DNA from: Deferribacterales bacterium
GTDB lineage: Bacteria > Chrysiogenota > Deferribacteres > Deferribacterales > Geovibrionaceae
DNA length: 64,000 nt
Direction of reading: 5' to 3'
Assembly (NCBI GenBank): GCA_050251875.1
Contig: JBFWMA010000005.1
Span: 96,001 to 160,000, forward strand
Positions 1 through 9,556 of the stretch are shown here, piece after piece. How positions within the stretch are numbered: position 1 is the stretch's first letter; every line of letters begins with the position of its first letter. Made by a program: the position numbers and the translations under genes. The notes beneath the pieces are model-generated. The model ran no database searches. It was given only the letters and a program-made list of their open reading frames with translations, and was not told the DNA's origin.

Positions 1-111
1 AAGACGGACACCTATGACGAGATGTTTTTCGCCTGTTCGTCCTGCGGGTCTTTCTCTGTGAAACTGCTCACAGGGGAAGAGCTTACTATTTCCGATATCG
101 AGGTGGACTGA
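1..111 (+). CDS. hypA: Hydrogenase maturation nickel metallochaperone HypA, C-terminal fragment (5' truncated by window)
   Basis: Frame 1 reads KTDTYDEMFFACSSCGSFSVKLLTGEELTISDIEVD*: second CxxC plus the GxEL..I..IEV HypA terminus. TGA overlaps the hypB ATG. Confidence 0.85.
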   Translation, partial: KTDTYDEMFFACSSCGSFSVKLLTGEELTISDIEVD

Positions 112-764
112 TGGCTAAGGTAAATATAGAGAAAAAAATTCTGACTAAAAACGAGATGAAGGCGGCGGAGGTGCGTGAGCGTCTGAAAGATGTAGCCGTG
201 CTGAACTTCGTGTCTTCTCCCGGCAGCGGAAAGACCACCCTGCTGGAAAACGTTCTGGCTCAGCTCAAAGAAAAATATAAGATAGCCGTGGTGGAGGGCG
301 ACCAGCAGACCACACATGACGCCGACAGGATAAAAGCGGCTGGCGTGGAGGCTTTTCAGGTGAACACGGGCAACGCCTGTCATCTGGAGGCTGTGGATGT
401 GGAGAGGGCGCTCGGCACTCTGGGCTATGATCTCGATCTGCTGGTGATAGAGAACGTGGGAAACCTTGTGTGTCCCGCCGAATATGATCTGGGTGAGGAT
501 GCCAAGGTCATGCTGATCTCCGTTACCGAGGGCGATGATAAACCGATAAAATATCCTGTGATGACAAGAGCATGTGAGGCTATGATAGTGAATAAAACGG
601 ATCTTCTGCCTTATGTCGATTTCGATGTGGAAGGCTGTATTAAATATGCCAAAGGCATTAACCCCGATCTGGAGATCATGACAGTTTCATGCCGGGCGAA
701 AGAGGGGCTGGAATCCGTTACGGCTTACATAGAGAAGAAGATTCTGGAGAAAAAGGGAAAATAA
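111..764 (+). CDS. hypB: Hydrogenase nickel incorporation GTPase HypB
   Basis: SSPGSGKTT P-loop, CHL, ENVGNLVCPA, EGDDKP.KYP and NKTD motifs. Confidence 0.95.
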   Translation: MAKVNIEKKILTKNEMKAAEVRERLKDVAVLNFVSSPGSGKTTLLENVLAQLKEKYKIAVVEGDQQTTHDADRIKAAGVEAFQVNTGNACHLEAVDVERALGTLGYDLDLLVIENVGNLVCPAEYDLGEDAKVMLISVTEGDDKPIKYPVMTRACEAMIVNKTDLLPYVDFDVEGCIKYAKGINPDLEIMTVSCRAKEGLESVTAYIEKKILEKKGK

Positions 765-1315
765 TGCTGACAGTAGGGATAGACGAGGTGGGCAGAGGAT
801 GTCTGGCGGGACCTGTGGTGGCGTGCGCCGTGATTCTGCCGGAGGATTTTTCTGACGCCAGACTTGTCGATTCTAAAAAAATATCCGAAAAACAGCGGAA
901 GATAATGGACAGGGTGGTGCGTGACAACGCTCTCGCCATCGGCATCGGAATAGTGGATAACGGCGACATAGACAGGATAAACATCCTGAACGCCACAAAA
1001 ACCGCCATGATGCAGGCTCTGTCGCAGATAGAGATAGAATATCACAAGGTGATAGTGGACGCTGTGGATCTGAAAGACGTGAAAGTGCCTCTGGAGCATC
1101 CTTTTAAAGCGGAGGACAAGTTTCAGTGCGTGGCGGCGGCGTCTATCGTGGCGAAGGTTTTTCGTGACGCTCTCATGACGAAGATGCACATCGACCATCC
1201 TCAGTACGACTGGTACAGCAACAAAGGTTACGGCACAAAAAAACATACCGATGCCATAAAACAATTCGGTCTGACGCCTCTGCACAGGGTCAGCTTCTGC
1301 GGAAATTTCATTTGA
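764..1315 (+). CDS. rnhB: Ribonuclease HII
   Basis: GIDEVGRGCLAGPVVA, DSKK, AAASIVAKV.RD, NKGYGT, HR.SF. Start re-placed at ATG 764, overlapping the hypB stop. Confidence 0.95.
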   Translation: MLTVGIDEVGRGCLAGPVVACAVILPEDFSDARLVDSKKISEKQRKIMDRVVRDNALAIGIGIVDNGDIDRINILNATKTAMMQALSQIEIEYHKVIVDAVDLKDVKVPLEHPFKAEDKFQCVAAASIVAKVFRDALMTKMHIDHPQYDWYSNKGYGTKKHTDAIKQFGLTPLHRVSFCGNFI

Positions 1316-1647
1316 TTCCGGGGATCGGGCAGAAAGGCGAGAAGAAAGCCGAAAAATATCTGATTCAGAACGGATATAAAATTCTGGAAAAAAATTTCCG
1401 GAGCAGGTTCGGAGAGATAGACATCATCGCTTTCAAGGACGGATGCACGGTTTTCGTGGAAGTGAAGACCAGGAAAAACTCCGCTTACGGCAAGGGTTTT
1501 GAGGCGGTGGATGCCAGAAAACAGCAGAAGCTGATAATGACCGCTCAGGCTTTTTTTCAGGGGCGGGAAGAGACAGCCGCCCGGTTCGATGTTATATCCA
1601 TTGATAACGATTCCGTGACGCATATACAAAATGCCTTCGGTATGTAA
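1312..1647 (+). CDS. yraN: YraN family (UPF0102) putative endonuclease
   Basis: GEIDII, FVEVKTR, RFDVI, I.NAF motifs; usual position after rnhB. Confidence 0.9.
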   Translation: MIPGIGQKGEKKAEKYLIQNGYKILEKNFRSRFGEIDIIAFKDGCTVFVEVKTRKNSAYGKGFEAVDARKQQKLIMTAQAFFQGREETAARFDVISIDNDSVTHIQNAFGM

Positions 1648-1654
1648 AATGATG

Positions 1655-1682
1655 TTGTAATATTACTTTGTAATGCTATAAT
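1655..1682 (+). promoter_or_regulatory. Putative sigma-70 promoter TTGTAA-N16-TATAAT with extended -10 TG
   Basis: TTGTAA 1655-1660, TGcTATAAT ending 1682, upstream of the CDS at 1710. Confidence 0.55.
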
Positions 1683-1709
1683 TTCCATCCGTTCATCAAC
1701 ATTGGAGAA

Positions 1710-2441
1710 TTGAATATGTACACACTCATTATTTCTGTCGCTATATCTACTCTGCTCTCTATAGGGCTTTACTTTATAACATATCACTGGTTCTGGCCTC
1801 TGTTTCTTATGGTGGTCGGTATTCTCGGTCTGAACTTTCTGGTGGGCAGAAAATTTCTGGCTAAACTCACCGCCCTTTTTAAATCCGTGGAAAAAGATCT
1901 TGGCGCCGGACGCACTGACAAAGCTATAGAAAAGCTGAAAGAGGGATATCCCTATGCCAAGTGGCAGTTTTTTGTTAAGGAGCAGATCGATGCTCAGATC
2001 GGTATCATCCTTTATACCAATCAGAAATTCGAAGAAGCCGCTCCCTATCTGATGAACGGATTCAACAAAAACTGGATGTCTATGGCTATGCTCGCCGCTC
2101 TGCATTTTAAAAACAACGATGCGGCCTCCTGCTACAAAATAATGGACAAAGCGATCAAAGGCTCTCCGAAACAGGGCTTTTTATACAGTCTGTACGCTTA
2201 CTTCCTGATGGAAAAAGGCGACACGGACAAAGCAGTGGTTATCCTTTCTAAAGGCGCCGACAAGAACCCTATGGATGATAAACTCCAGTCAGCTATGGAA
2301 TCCGTGAAAAACGGCAAAAAGCTGAAAATGCAGAACTACGGCAACCTCTGGCTTCAGATGCATCTGGGGGCAAAACTTCCTCAGGGCGGCAGACCCTATC
2401 AGCAGTTTCTGATGAATCAGAGAATGGGTAAAAGAAGGTAA
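1710..2441 (+). CDS. Membrane-anchored TPR-like hypothetical protein
   Basis: Two N-terminal hydrophobic segments, then helical repeats resembling TPR; GGAGA SD precedes the start (TTG 1710 or ATG 1716). Confidence 0.65.
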   Translation: MNMYTLIISVAISTLLSIGLYFITYHWFWPLFLMVVGILGLNFLVGRKFLAKLTALFKSVEKDLGAGRTDKAIEKLKEGYPYAKWQFFVKEQIDAQIGIILYTNQKFEEAAPYLMNGFNKNWMSMAMLAALHFKNNDAASCYKIMDKAIKGSPKQGFLYSLYAYFLMEKGDTDKAVVILSKGADKNPMDDKLQSAMESVKNGKKLKMQNYGNLWLQMHLGAKLPQGGRPYQQFLMNQRMGKRR

Positions 2442-2443
2442 GT

Positions 2444-3217
2444 TTGAAGGATATTCAAAACCAGAGGGATACCAGAAACCTCGATGTGGACAAAGTCGGC
2501 ATCAAGGACATCCGCTATCCTGTCGTGCTTTCCGACCGTAACAAGGGCAAGCAGTCCACTGTCGCCCGTATCAATATGTATGTGCGTCTTCCTCATAATT
2601 TTAAGGGAACGCACATGTCCCGTTTTGTCGAGATACTCAGCAAACATTCTGAAGATATTAACCTGTATTCCGTTGGAAATATCCTGGATGAGATGAAGGA
2701 GAAACTGGACAGCGAAGAGGCTTTCATAGAGCTGTCATTCAACTATTTTCTCAAGAAAAAAGCGCCTATATCCTGTCAGGAAGCCATGATGGATTACTAC
2801 TGCACCTATGTGGGTTCTGCCGGGACTGACTGGAAAGACTCCGTTCTCTCTGTCCGTGTGCCCGTGCTGACACTGTGTCCGTGTTCTAAGGAGATCAGTG
2901 TTCAGGGAGCGCACAATCAGAGAAGCTATGTAACCATATCCGTCCGCATGAAAAAACTGATGTGGATAGAAGAGCTGATAGAGATAGCCGAAAAATCGGC
3001 GTCATCCCCCGTATATCCTCTGCTGAAGCGTGAGGATGAGAAATACGTCACCGAAAATTCATATGAAAACCCCGTCTTTGTAGAGGATGTGGTGCGCAAC
3101 GCCGCCACCATGCTGATGGCAGAAGACCGCATTGTGTGGTTTGAGGTATCCAGCGAAAACATGGAAAGCATCCATAACCACTCCGCCTATGCCGTAATCA
3201 CCAGAGACAAGAGATAG
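2444..3217 (+). CDS. folE2: GTP cyclohydrolase FolE2 (type IB)
   Basis: KGTHMSRF, TLCPCSKEIS, GAHNQRS, LLKREDEK, FVEDVVR, ESIHNHSA. Confidence 0.95.
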   Translation: MKDIQNQRDTRNLDVDKVGIKDIRYPVVLSDRNKGKQSTVARINMYVRLPHNFKGTHMSRFVEILSKHSEDINLYSVGNILDEMKEKLDSEEAFIELSFNYFLKKKAPISCQEAMMDYYCTYVGSAGTDWKDSVLSVRVPVLTLCPCSKEISVQGAHNQRSYVTISVRMKKLMWIEELIEIAEKSASSPVYPLLKREDEKYVTENSYENPVFVEDVVRNAATMLMAEDRIVWFEVSSENMESIHNHSAYAVITRDKR

Positions 3218-3235
3218 TTATCATCGCATAATCAT

Positions 3236-3266
3236 AAAAAAAGCGGAGCTCAGGCTCCGCTTTTTT
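3236..3266. terminator. Bidirectional intrinsic terminator between folE2 and autotransporter 1
   Basis: A7-GCGGAGC-tcag-GCTCCGC-T6. Confidence 0.85.
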
Positions 3267-3289
3267 ATTATGTAATATTGGAAGTTTTA

Positions 3290-6067
3290 TTAGAACTTCA
3301 GTCCGGCAGTCAGCTTAAGGCTGTAGCTGTCGTAGTCTGAGTTGGTGATATACTGTCCATAGACTCCTGTGCTCCAGAAGCTGCCGGAAAGCTCAGTTCC
3401 GAGGCTCAGTGTGTGAGAGATATTATCCACGTCCTGATCTATCTCCATTGTGCCTGTTTCCATCTGGGGGATAGACTGTCCGATGGTGATATCGTTGTCG
3501 CCTATTGTGTGCTCAAATCTGTACTCGCCGAAGAATTTCAGTTTTCCAGCCGCCACGCCTTTCACATATTCTGCTGATACACCGGCGATCAGACCTGTGT
3601 CCCAGTCGGAGTATGCTTCATAGTCTTTTGACAGATAGCTGTATGCGCTGTCGGCGATGGTTGTGGAGTAGTTGCCCATGTTGTAATAGCTGAGAGACAT
3701 CCCGCCGAAGGGAGTCACTTTGCCTGATCCGGCGAAATGGAAGCTGTATCCGCCGAGGAGCTCTGTCTGGAATCCTTTTGAGTCATAGTCGGCTGTCTCT
3801 ATCTGGTCGTTGTTTCCGCCTGCGTATCCTGAATAGTCGTTATCTGTCAGGAAAGCGATGAGAGACGCGCTGATGTAAAGGTCGTTAAGTGTTTTGGCTG
3901 AGAGACCGGCGAAGAAAGACTCTGAGTCTGTTTTGTCCATGGAAACTTCGTCATAGTCTATGCCAGTGGTCATTGTGCCCATGTAGAATGATCCGGAGAT
4001 GCCTGATTTGAAATCATGAGACAGTCCCACGCCCACGCCGAATGTGTTGGTGTCATATCCGTCTCCGTTCATTTTTGTCATGAAGGGGAAGGCGAAGATG
4101 GATGTTGTTTTCTTTTTCGGGGCGTATGAGAGTCCGGCGTCTGTGGCTATCTCGCCTGAGTCCGCCAGCAGCATGCCTTCTGAGCTCAGATATGAGAATC
4201 CGCCGAAACCGCCGATTCCGCCTCCGAGCATGGAGCCGTTAAATATTTTTCCAACGGTTTTCGCTGATGATATGGCGCTGAGTGTTCCCATTGCGGCAGG
4301 TGACTGCGAGGGGTTATAGCTTACTGTTACTTTTGCGTTTTCGCCTGTTTCTGAACCATACCAGTTGAGAGTGAAGTCAGGGTTGGAGAACTGGCTCAGA
4401 CCTGAGAAACTGCCTGTCACAGCACCATCGTTTGATATAACTGTGTAGGGAGTGTTGAACTTAAGATATTTGTTCATTGTGGCGCCCAGTACGGCGTTGT
4501 TCAGGTTCAGGCTGGATGATGAGTCCACATAGATTGTTCCGGTAGTTTCGCATCCGCTGCATGAACCGAGTGCCACGGAGAATGCGTTTTTAAGAACTGC
4601 TGTGGAGTCAACCATTCTCAGAGTATATGTGTCTGTGCCGTATGTTTCTGTTGAGAGAAAAATATCGCCTGTGCTGGTTAATTCGGCAGAGCCGACATTG
4701 TTGAGCGAGATAGCCGAAATCATGTTGTATGAAGAAGGGGCATCTTTTGAGACGGGCATGGCTGCCGCTTCTGATCCGCCTTTTACATCCACGGATATGT
4801 TGCCGGTGTTGTTCAGAACAGCGGTGGAAACGTCTGCTAACAATACCGCCTGAACGTTACGGATGCCTGTGTTTTTGTTGGCGTTGATCGCTACATTGAT
4901 GTTTCCTGAGTTGCTCAGAGACATGGAACCGCCGTCAGCCATCTTGACTGCCGAAATATTGGTTATTGTGTTGAAAGACGAGATCATGCCTCTTGCCGCG
5001 CGCAGGTCTTCATCGTCACCCAGGGTTATATCAACGTTGATATTTCCGGAGTTGCTGATGGAGGATGTAGTGGCATTATAAGAGTCAATGCCGTACACGT
5101 CATACAAATAAGCGTCCTGATCTGTGTCTACCGCTACATTGATGTTGCCGGAGTTGGTGATTGTCTGGGCACTGTTGAGATTGCTATAAATACCGTACAG
5201 AAACGCGTATCTGGCGGGGTAATTAGCAACATGAAAGTTATTAACATAATTGCCGCCCTGGTCGGAAAAATACAGGGAAATATTTCCGGAGTTGGATATG
5301 GAATCAGCTGATCCGTAGATACCGCCCAGTCCGCGGACATAAATGCTCTCTGCGGATATGCCGGAGAATACAGTGTTCACAGCGATGTTGCCTGTGTTTG
5401 TCACGCTGATCAGATCACTGTTGTCAAAAGCGATGCCGAATGCTGAGTTGAAGGTTACTAAGGAGTCAAAATCACTGCCTGCCACAATGTTGTTCACAAT
5501 GATGCTGCCGCTGTTCAGAAGGGTTCCGGTAGTGGCGCCGTCTGCGAATATACCTATGTTGCCAATGATGTAGTTATCTCCGCCGCCTGTGGATGTGATA
5601 TTGGAGAAGCGGCTGCTTGAATCGATGGTGCCGCTGTTCACGATACTTTCAAGAGAAGGTCCATTTATAAAATAAGCACCAGCGTATGGGAAAGTAATGT
5701 CACTGCTGCTGTCGAGCGCTACATCATTGATAGTGAGATCGATATCAATAGTGCCGGAGTTAAGAATCTGTGTTCCGGAAGTGACCGCTCCCACAATAAC
5801 ACTGGGGGCACTGCCTGTGAAAGGGCTGTCGATTTCTGAAAGCAGTCTGACAGTTCCTGAGTTTGTAAAATAAGAGACGTTATCCGCCCATATACCGAAT
5901 AAATTGTGAAGTGTGGCATCGGTATCATGGTAGGAAAGGGTGCCTGTGTTATTATAGGTGGATACACCTGACGGTACAGTATACACTATGTATTCAGGTG
6001 TGCTTGGTGCCGCATAGGCACTGAGGGACGCCAGAATCATTAGTCCCGATAAAAACAATTTTCGCAT
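3290..6067 (-). CDS. Autotransporter-like outer-membrane/surface protein 1 (925 aa)
   Basis: Sec signal peptide; Ser/Thr/Asn/Gly-rich passenger with repeated NSGxI motifs; C-terminal amphipathic beta-strands ending in LKF. Confidence 0.8.
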   Translation of the reverse strand: MRKLFLSGLMILASLSAYAAPSTPEYIVYTVPSGVSTYNNTGTLSYHDTDATLHNLFGIWADNVSYFTNSGTVRLLSEIDSPFTGSAPSVIVGAVTSGTQILNSGTIDIDLTINDVALDSSSDITFPYAGAYFINGPSLESIVNSGTIDSSSRFSNITSTGGGDNYIIGNIGIFADGATTGTLLNSGSIIVNNIVAGSDFDSLVTFNSAFGIAFDNSDLISVTNTGNIAVNTVFSGISAESIYVRGLGGIYGSADSISNSGNISLYFSDQGGNYVNNFHVANYPARYAFLYGIYSNLNSAQTITNSGNINVAVDTDQDAYLYDVYGIDSYNATTSSISNSGNINVDITLGDDEDLRAARGMISSFNTITNISAVKMADGGSMSLSNSGNINVAINANKNTGIRNVQAVLLADVSTAVLNNTGNISVDVKGGSEAAAMPVSKDAPSSYNMISAISLNNVGSAELTSTGDIFLSTETYGTDTYTLRMVDSTAVLKNAFSVALGSCSGCETTGTIYVDSSSSLNLNNAVLGATMNKYLKFNTPYTVISNDGAVTGSFSGLSQFSNPDFTLNWYGSETGENAKVTVSYNPSQSPAAMGTLSAISSAKTVGKIFNGSMLGGGIGGFGGFSYLSSEGMLLADSGEIATDAGLSYAPKKKTTSIFAFPFMTKMNGDGYDTNTFGVGVGLSHDFKSGISGSFYMGTMTTGIDYDEVSMDKTDSESFFAGLSAKTLNDLYISASLIAFLTDNDYSGYAGGNNDQIETADYDSKGFQTELLGGYSFHFAGSGKVTPFGGMSLSYYNMGNYSTTIADSAYSYLSKDYEAYSDWDTGLIAGVSAEYVKGVAAGKLKFFGEYRFEHTIGDNDITIGQSIPQMETGTMEIDQDVDNISHTLSLGTELSGSFWSTGVYGQYITNSDYDSYSLKLTAGLKF

Positions 6068-6098
6068 TTAATCCTCCGAACAATAATAGAGTCAATCA

Positions 6099-6126
6099 AT
6101 TATAAAGCTAATTATATAATTTACAA
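6099..6126 (-). promoter_or_regulatory. Putative sigma-70 promoter of autotransporter 1 (TTGTAA-N16-TATAAT)
   Basis: Minus strand TTGTAA (6126-6121), 16 nt, TATAAT (6104-6099); GGAGG SD follows. Confidence 0.6.
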
Positions 6127-6190
6127 TGCAAACTGATGGAGAATTGATATTATTTTTATGATGATTATTAGATGATAACAGATGTCTGAA

Positions 6191-6220
6191 ATAAGAAGGC
6201 GGAGCCGAAGCCCCGCCTTT
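6191..6220 (-). terminator. Intrinsic terminator after autotransporter 2
   Basis: AAGGCGGAGC-cgaa-GCCCCGCCTT hairpin with a U-rich tail on the minus strand. Confidence 0.7.
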
Positions 6221-6243
6221 ATCTGACAAGGAAAGTGATATCT

Positions 6244-9200
6244 TTAAAATTTGAGTCCGGCAGTCAGTTTAAGGCTGTAGCTGTCGTAATCCGAGTTAGC
6301 CGCATACTGTCCGAACGCTCCGGCAGTCCAGAAACTGCCTGAATATTCTCCGCCGAGGCTTAATGTGTGGGTGCTGTTGTCCACTTCCTGATCTATTTCG
6401 ATAGTGCCTGTATTCATCTGCGGAATCGACTGTCCGATGGTGATGTCGTTGTCGCCTATGGCGTTTTCAAACCTGTACTCTCCGAACAGTTTTGCTTTTC
6501 CAGTGCCTACAGCCATCACATATTCCACTGAGAGACCGGCTATCAGGCTGGTATCCCAGCCGGTATAGGCTTCATAGTCCTTTGAAAAAGCGCTGTATGC
6601 TGAGTCTGCTATGTCTGTGGAGTATCCGTCCATGTCATAGTAGCTGAGGCTGAGACCAGCAAAGGGAGTTAGTTTTACTCCTTTAGCGAAACGGAAATTG
6701 TATCCGCCCAGAGCCTCTGTCTGAAAGCCTTTTGAGTTGTAGTCCGCTGTCTCTGTTGTGTCGTTGTTTGCGCCCGCATAACCCTCATAGTCGTTGTCAG
6801 TCAGAAAACCTATGGCTGACAGGCTGGTATAGATATTTTTATCCGTTTTGGCGGAAGCTCCCATGAAGAATGAGTCAGACTGGGTTTTGTTCATGGAGGC
6901 ATCTTCAAAGTCTAAATTAGACGTCATATTACCCATATAAAAAGAACCGGAAACGCCTGATTGAAAGATATGAGAGATTCCAACGCCCACGCCGAAAGTG
7001 TCATTGTCATATCCGTCCCCGTTCTGTCTGGACATGAACGGGAAGGCATAGATGGATGTCGCTCTGTTTTTAGGAGCGTATGACAGTCCCGCATCTGTGG
7101 CTATCTCTCCTGAATCAGCCAGCATCAGGCTGTTTGATCCCAGAGACGAGAACCCGCCGAAACTGCCGGCACCGCCTGAGAACATTGAACCGCTGAATAT
7201 TTTGCCCGCTGATTTGGCTGAATTTATGCCTGCCATAACGCTCTTGCCTGCGGCAGATACTGTCGGGCTGTATGTGGCGATAACTTTAGCGTCTTCTCCT
7301 CTTTCGGCGTCATACCAGCTTATCCGGAAGTCGGAGTTGGTGTATTGCGCCAGAGCGGAGAAACTGCCAGTTACTGAACCTTCGTTGTCAATAACCGTGT
7401 ATGGTGTGTTGAACCTGAAATATTTGTTCAGAGTTATGCCGAGTTTTGCATCGTTAATATCTAATGATGATCCTGCATCAATATGTATCATGCCCATGTC
7501 TTCGCATCCGCTGCACACGCCTGCGGCGGCGTTGAACTGATCATTAAAAGTTGCGCTTCCTGCGGCATAGATACCGAGAGAATAAATAGCCGCATCAGGG
7601 TTGGTTGTTGTCATAAAGACATTTCCCGTGTTTTTTACAGTTGAGCTTGAGCCTGCAATAAGAATGGCTGCCGTACCTGTTGTTGTGGCGTTTGGCGCAT
7701 CTACATTAAGGGTCAGGTCGCCTGAGTTTGTCAACGTTCCCGCTGTAGAAGACAATAGTGCAATATCTGCGCTGAAGGTGATAGAGCCTGTCTTATCTGA
7801 TGTTATATCCACAGTGATGTCGCCGCTGTTGCTGACAGCGGCAGCGCCGGGAGTAAATACCGTTACGCCTGAGAGCATATAAAGAGGAGTTAATGCCGCT
7901 GTCCCTCCGGTGTCTGTGTATATGTTAGTGATTGTGCCTGTATTGACTGTGGAATCGGCGTAGGTGAAGATGCCTGCTAACCCCAGGACACTGTCTGCCC
8001 CAGAGATGTTGTTATCTGTTAAGGTCGTTTGTATTGTTATATCGCCGGAGTTCAGGACTGAGCCGGAAGAAGTGGTGCGTATTCCGAATAAATCCTGTAA
8101 CGCTATGGAACCGCCATTGTTGTTGGAAAAAGTATTGACTATATGGATGTCTCCCGAGTTTACCGTAGTATCGGCTGATAAGAGAGATATCCCGGCGGCG
8201 CCGATGACTCCATACCCTGTTGCATCATTGTTGTCTGAAAAATTATAGGAAAGCAGTATGTCGCCTGAGTTTGTCAGTGAGCTGATGTGTCCGTTGTTGG
8301 AGTAGATTCCTGATGTACCGGATGACAGCATGGTTGAGGTGTTGCCAGTGTAGTTGGTGCTGATATTGATTGTTCCGCTGTTGCTTACATTGTTCGCAGA
8401 GACGGAGGATACGTTAATTCCGTTTGCCGTCATGCTGCTGAACATAGAGTCAGATGAGTCAATCGTCAGGTCGATCAGTATGTCGCCGCTGTTTGATACT
8501 CTGTCCAGGGATGTTGAGCCAGTGGCATAAAGTGCAGTGGTATTAGCGAAAGACAATGTGGAACTTGTTGTTACATTGCTTATGGAGTTTGATATAGAGA
8601 TCGTTCCGCTGTTTTCTATCAGGTCTGCTGAGGTGTTAACGCTGTAGAGACCGAATGTTGTGAAACCAATAGCCATCGTGCCCATGTCGCTGTCTGACAC
8701 AGAACCGTTTATACTGATTGTTCCATCGTTGACTATTGATTCCGCAGTTCCTGTGCTGTTCATAATGCCTGCGGACATTATCCCGTTGGTCAGCGATGAA
8801 TATCCTGTGTAGGTGATGCCGCTGTAGTCGGTGTTAAGGCTGATAGTGCCTGTATTTGAAAAGTTGTTTACTCCGTTGCTGAAAATATAGCCGTAGAGAG
8901 ATGATGAGTAATTGCTCAGAGAAGAGCCCAGTGTTACATCGCTCATGATATTGTTGAGTTCTATAGTTCCGGAGTTCTCTGAAGCACTGCAAGACCCCGG
9001 CAATATCCCGATTAAAGAGGCGCTTACATCGTTTACATTCAGATTCTGACCGGATAATATCCTGTTTTCTGTGATGATGCCTTCATTATTCAGATAGGTA
9101 AGAGGCGTCATGCCTAACAGACCCATTATATTAACCGTGGCTGAGCTTTCCGTGCCTGTAAGGTCGGCAGTGTTGGTGTATTCGGTCACATTGACAGGAA

Positions 9201-9282
9201 TGGTGTAGAGTATTGTCCCGCCAGCCGCATGTGCTGATACTGCGCACGCTGTTATACAAAGAGCAACTAAAAACTTACGCAT
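6244..9282 (-). CDS. Autotransporter-like outer-membrane/surface protein 2 (1012 aa), paralog of 3290-6067
   Basis: Signal peptide; NSG(T/D)I repeats; shares CSGCE, LADSGEIATDAGLSYAPK and the terminal NSDYDSYSLKLTAGLKF with protein 1. Confidence 0.8.
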   Translation of the reverse strand: MRKFLVALCITACAVSAHAAGGTILYTIPVNVTEYTNTADLTGTESSATVNIMGLLGMTPLTYLNNEGIITENRILSGQNLNVNDVSASLIGILPGSCSASENSGTIELNNIMSDVTLGSSLSNYSSSLYGYIFSNGVNNFSNTGTISLNTDYSGITYTGYSSLTNGIMSAGIMNSTGTAESIVNDGTISINGSVSDSDMGTMAIGFTTFGLYSVNTSADLIENSGTISISNSISNVTTSSTLSFANTTALYATGSTSLDRVSNSGDILIDLTIDSSDSMFSSMTANGINVSSVSANNVSNSGTINISTNYTGNTSTMLSSGTSGIYSNNGHISSLTNSGDILLSYNFSDNNDATGYGVIGAAGISLLSADTTVNSGDIHIVNTFSNNNGGSIALQDLFGIRTTSSGSVLNSGDITIQTTLTDNNISGADSVLGLAGIFTYADSTVNTGTITNIYTDTGGTAALTPLYMLSGVTVFTPGAAAVSNSGDITVDITSDKTGSITFSADIALLSSTAGTLTNSGDLTLNVDAPNATTTGTAAILIAGSSSTVKNTGNVFMTTTNPDAAIYSLGIYAAGSATFNDQFNAAAGVCSGCEDMGMIHIDAGSSLDINDAKLGITLNKYFRFNTPYTVIDNEGSVTGSFSALAQYTNSDFRISWYDAERGEDAKVIATYSPTVSAAGKSVMAGINSAKSAGKIFSGSMFSGGAGSFGGFSSLGSNSLMLADSGEIATDAGLSYAPKNRATSIYAFPFMSRQNGDGYDNDTFGVGVGISHIFQSGVSGSFYMGNMTSNLDFEDASMNKTQSDSFFMGASAKTDKNIYTSLSAIGFLTDNDYEGYAGANNDTTETADYNSKGFQTEALGGYNFRFAKGVKLTPFAGLSLSYYDMDGYSTDIADSAYSAFSKDYEAYTGWDTSLIAGLSVEYVMAVGTGKAKLFGEYRFENAIGDNDITIGQSIPQMNTGTIEIDQEVDNSTHTLSLGGEYSGSFWTAGAFGQYAANSDYDSYSLKLTAGLKF

Positions 9283-9315
9283 ATATTCACCCCATGAAAA
9301 GAATAAGTATGCTAA

Positions 9316-9343
9316 ATTATATCCCCTGATATTTCATTTACAA
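9316..9343 (-). promoter_or_regulatory. Putative sigma-70 promoter of autotransporter 2 (TTGTAA-N16-TATAAT)
   Basis: Minus strand TTGTAA (9343-9338), 16 nt, TATAAT (9321-9316). Confidence 0.6.
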
Positions 9344-9556
9344 CACGAACTTTTGTTAATATGCGTGGTTATTTTCTGCTTTTGTGACCGTATAAATACT
9401 TCATATATGAACATATTTGTGTTCATTAATATTATCAGGTATTAGCGTATGTTTCATATTTGGTGTCGTCATGGATTTGTTTGATTTATTGACGGATAAT
9501 TATTTTTTTGAGAGTGGATTCATAGTCTGTTTAACATTAGGTTATATGCAGAAAAA

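Noticed and set aside
3290..9282. Diversity-generating retroelement or invertible phase-variation system acting on the autotransporters
   Set aside because: No reverse transcriptase or recombinase in the window, and by eye the paralog differences are not adenine-specific.
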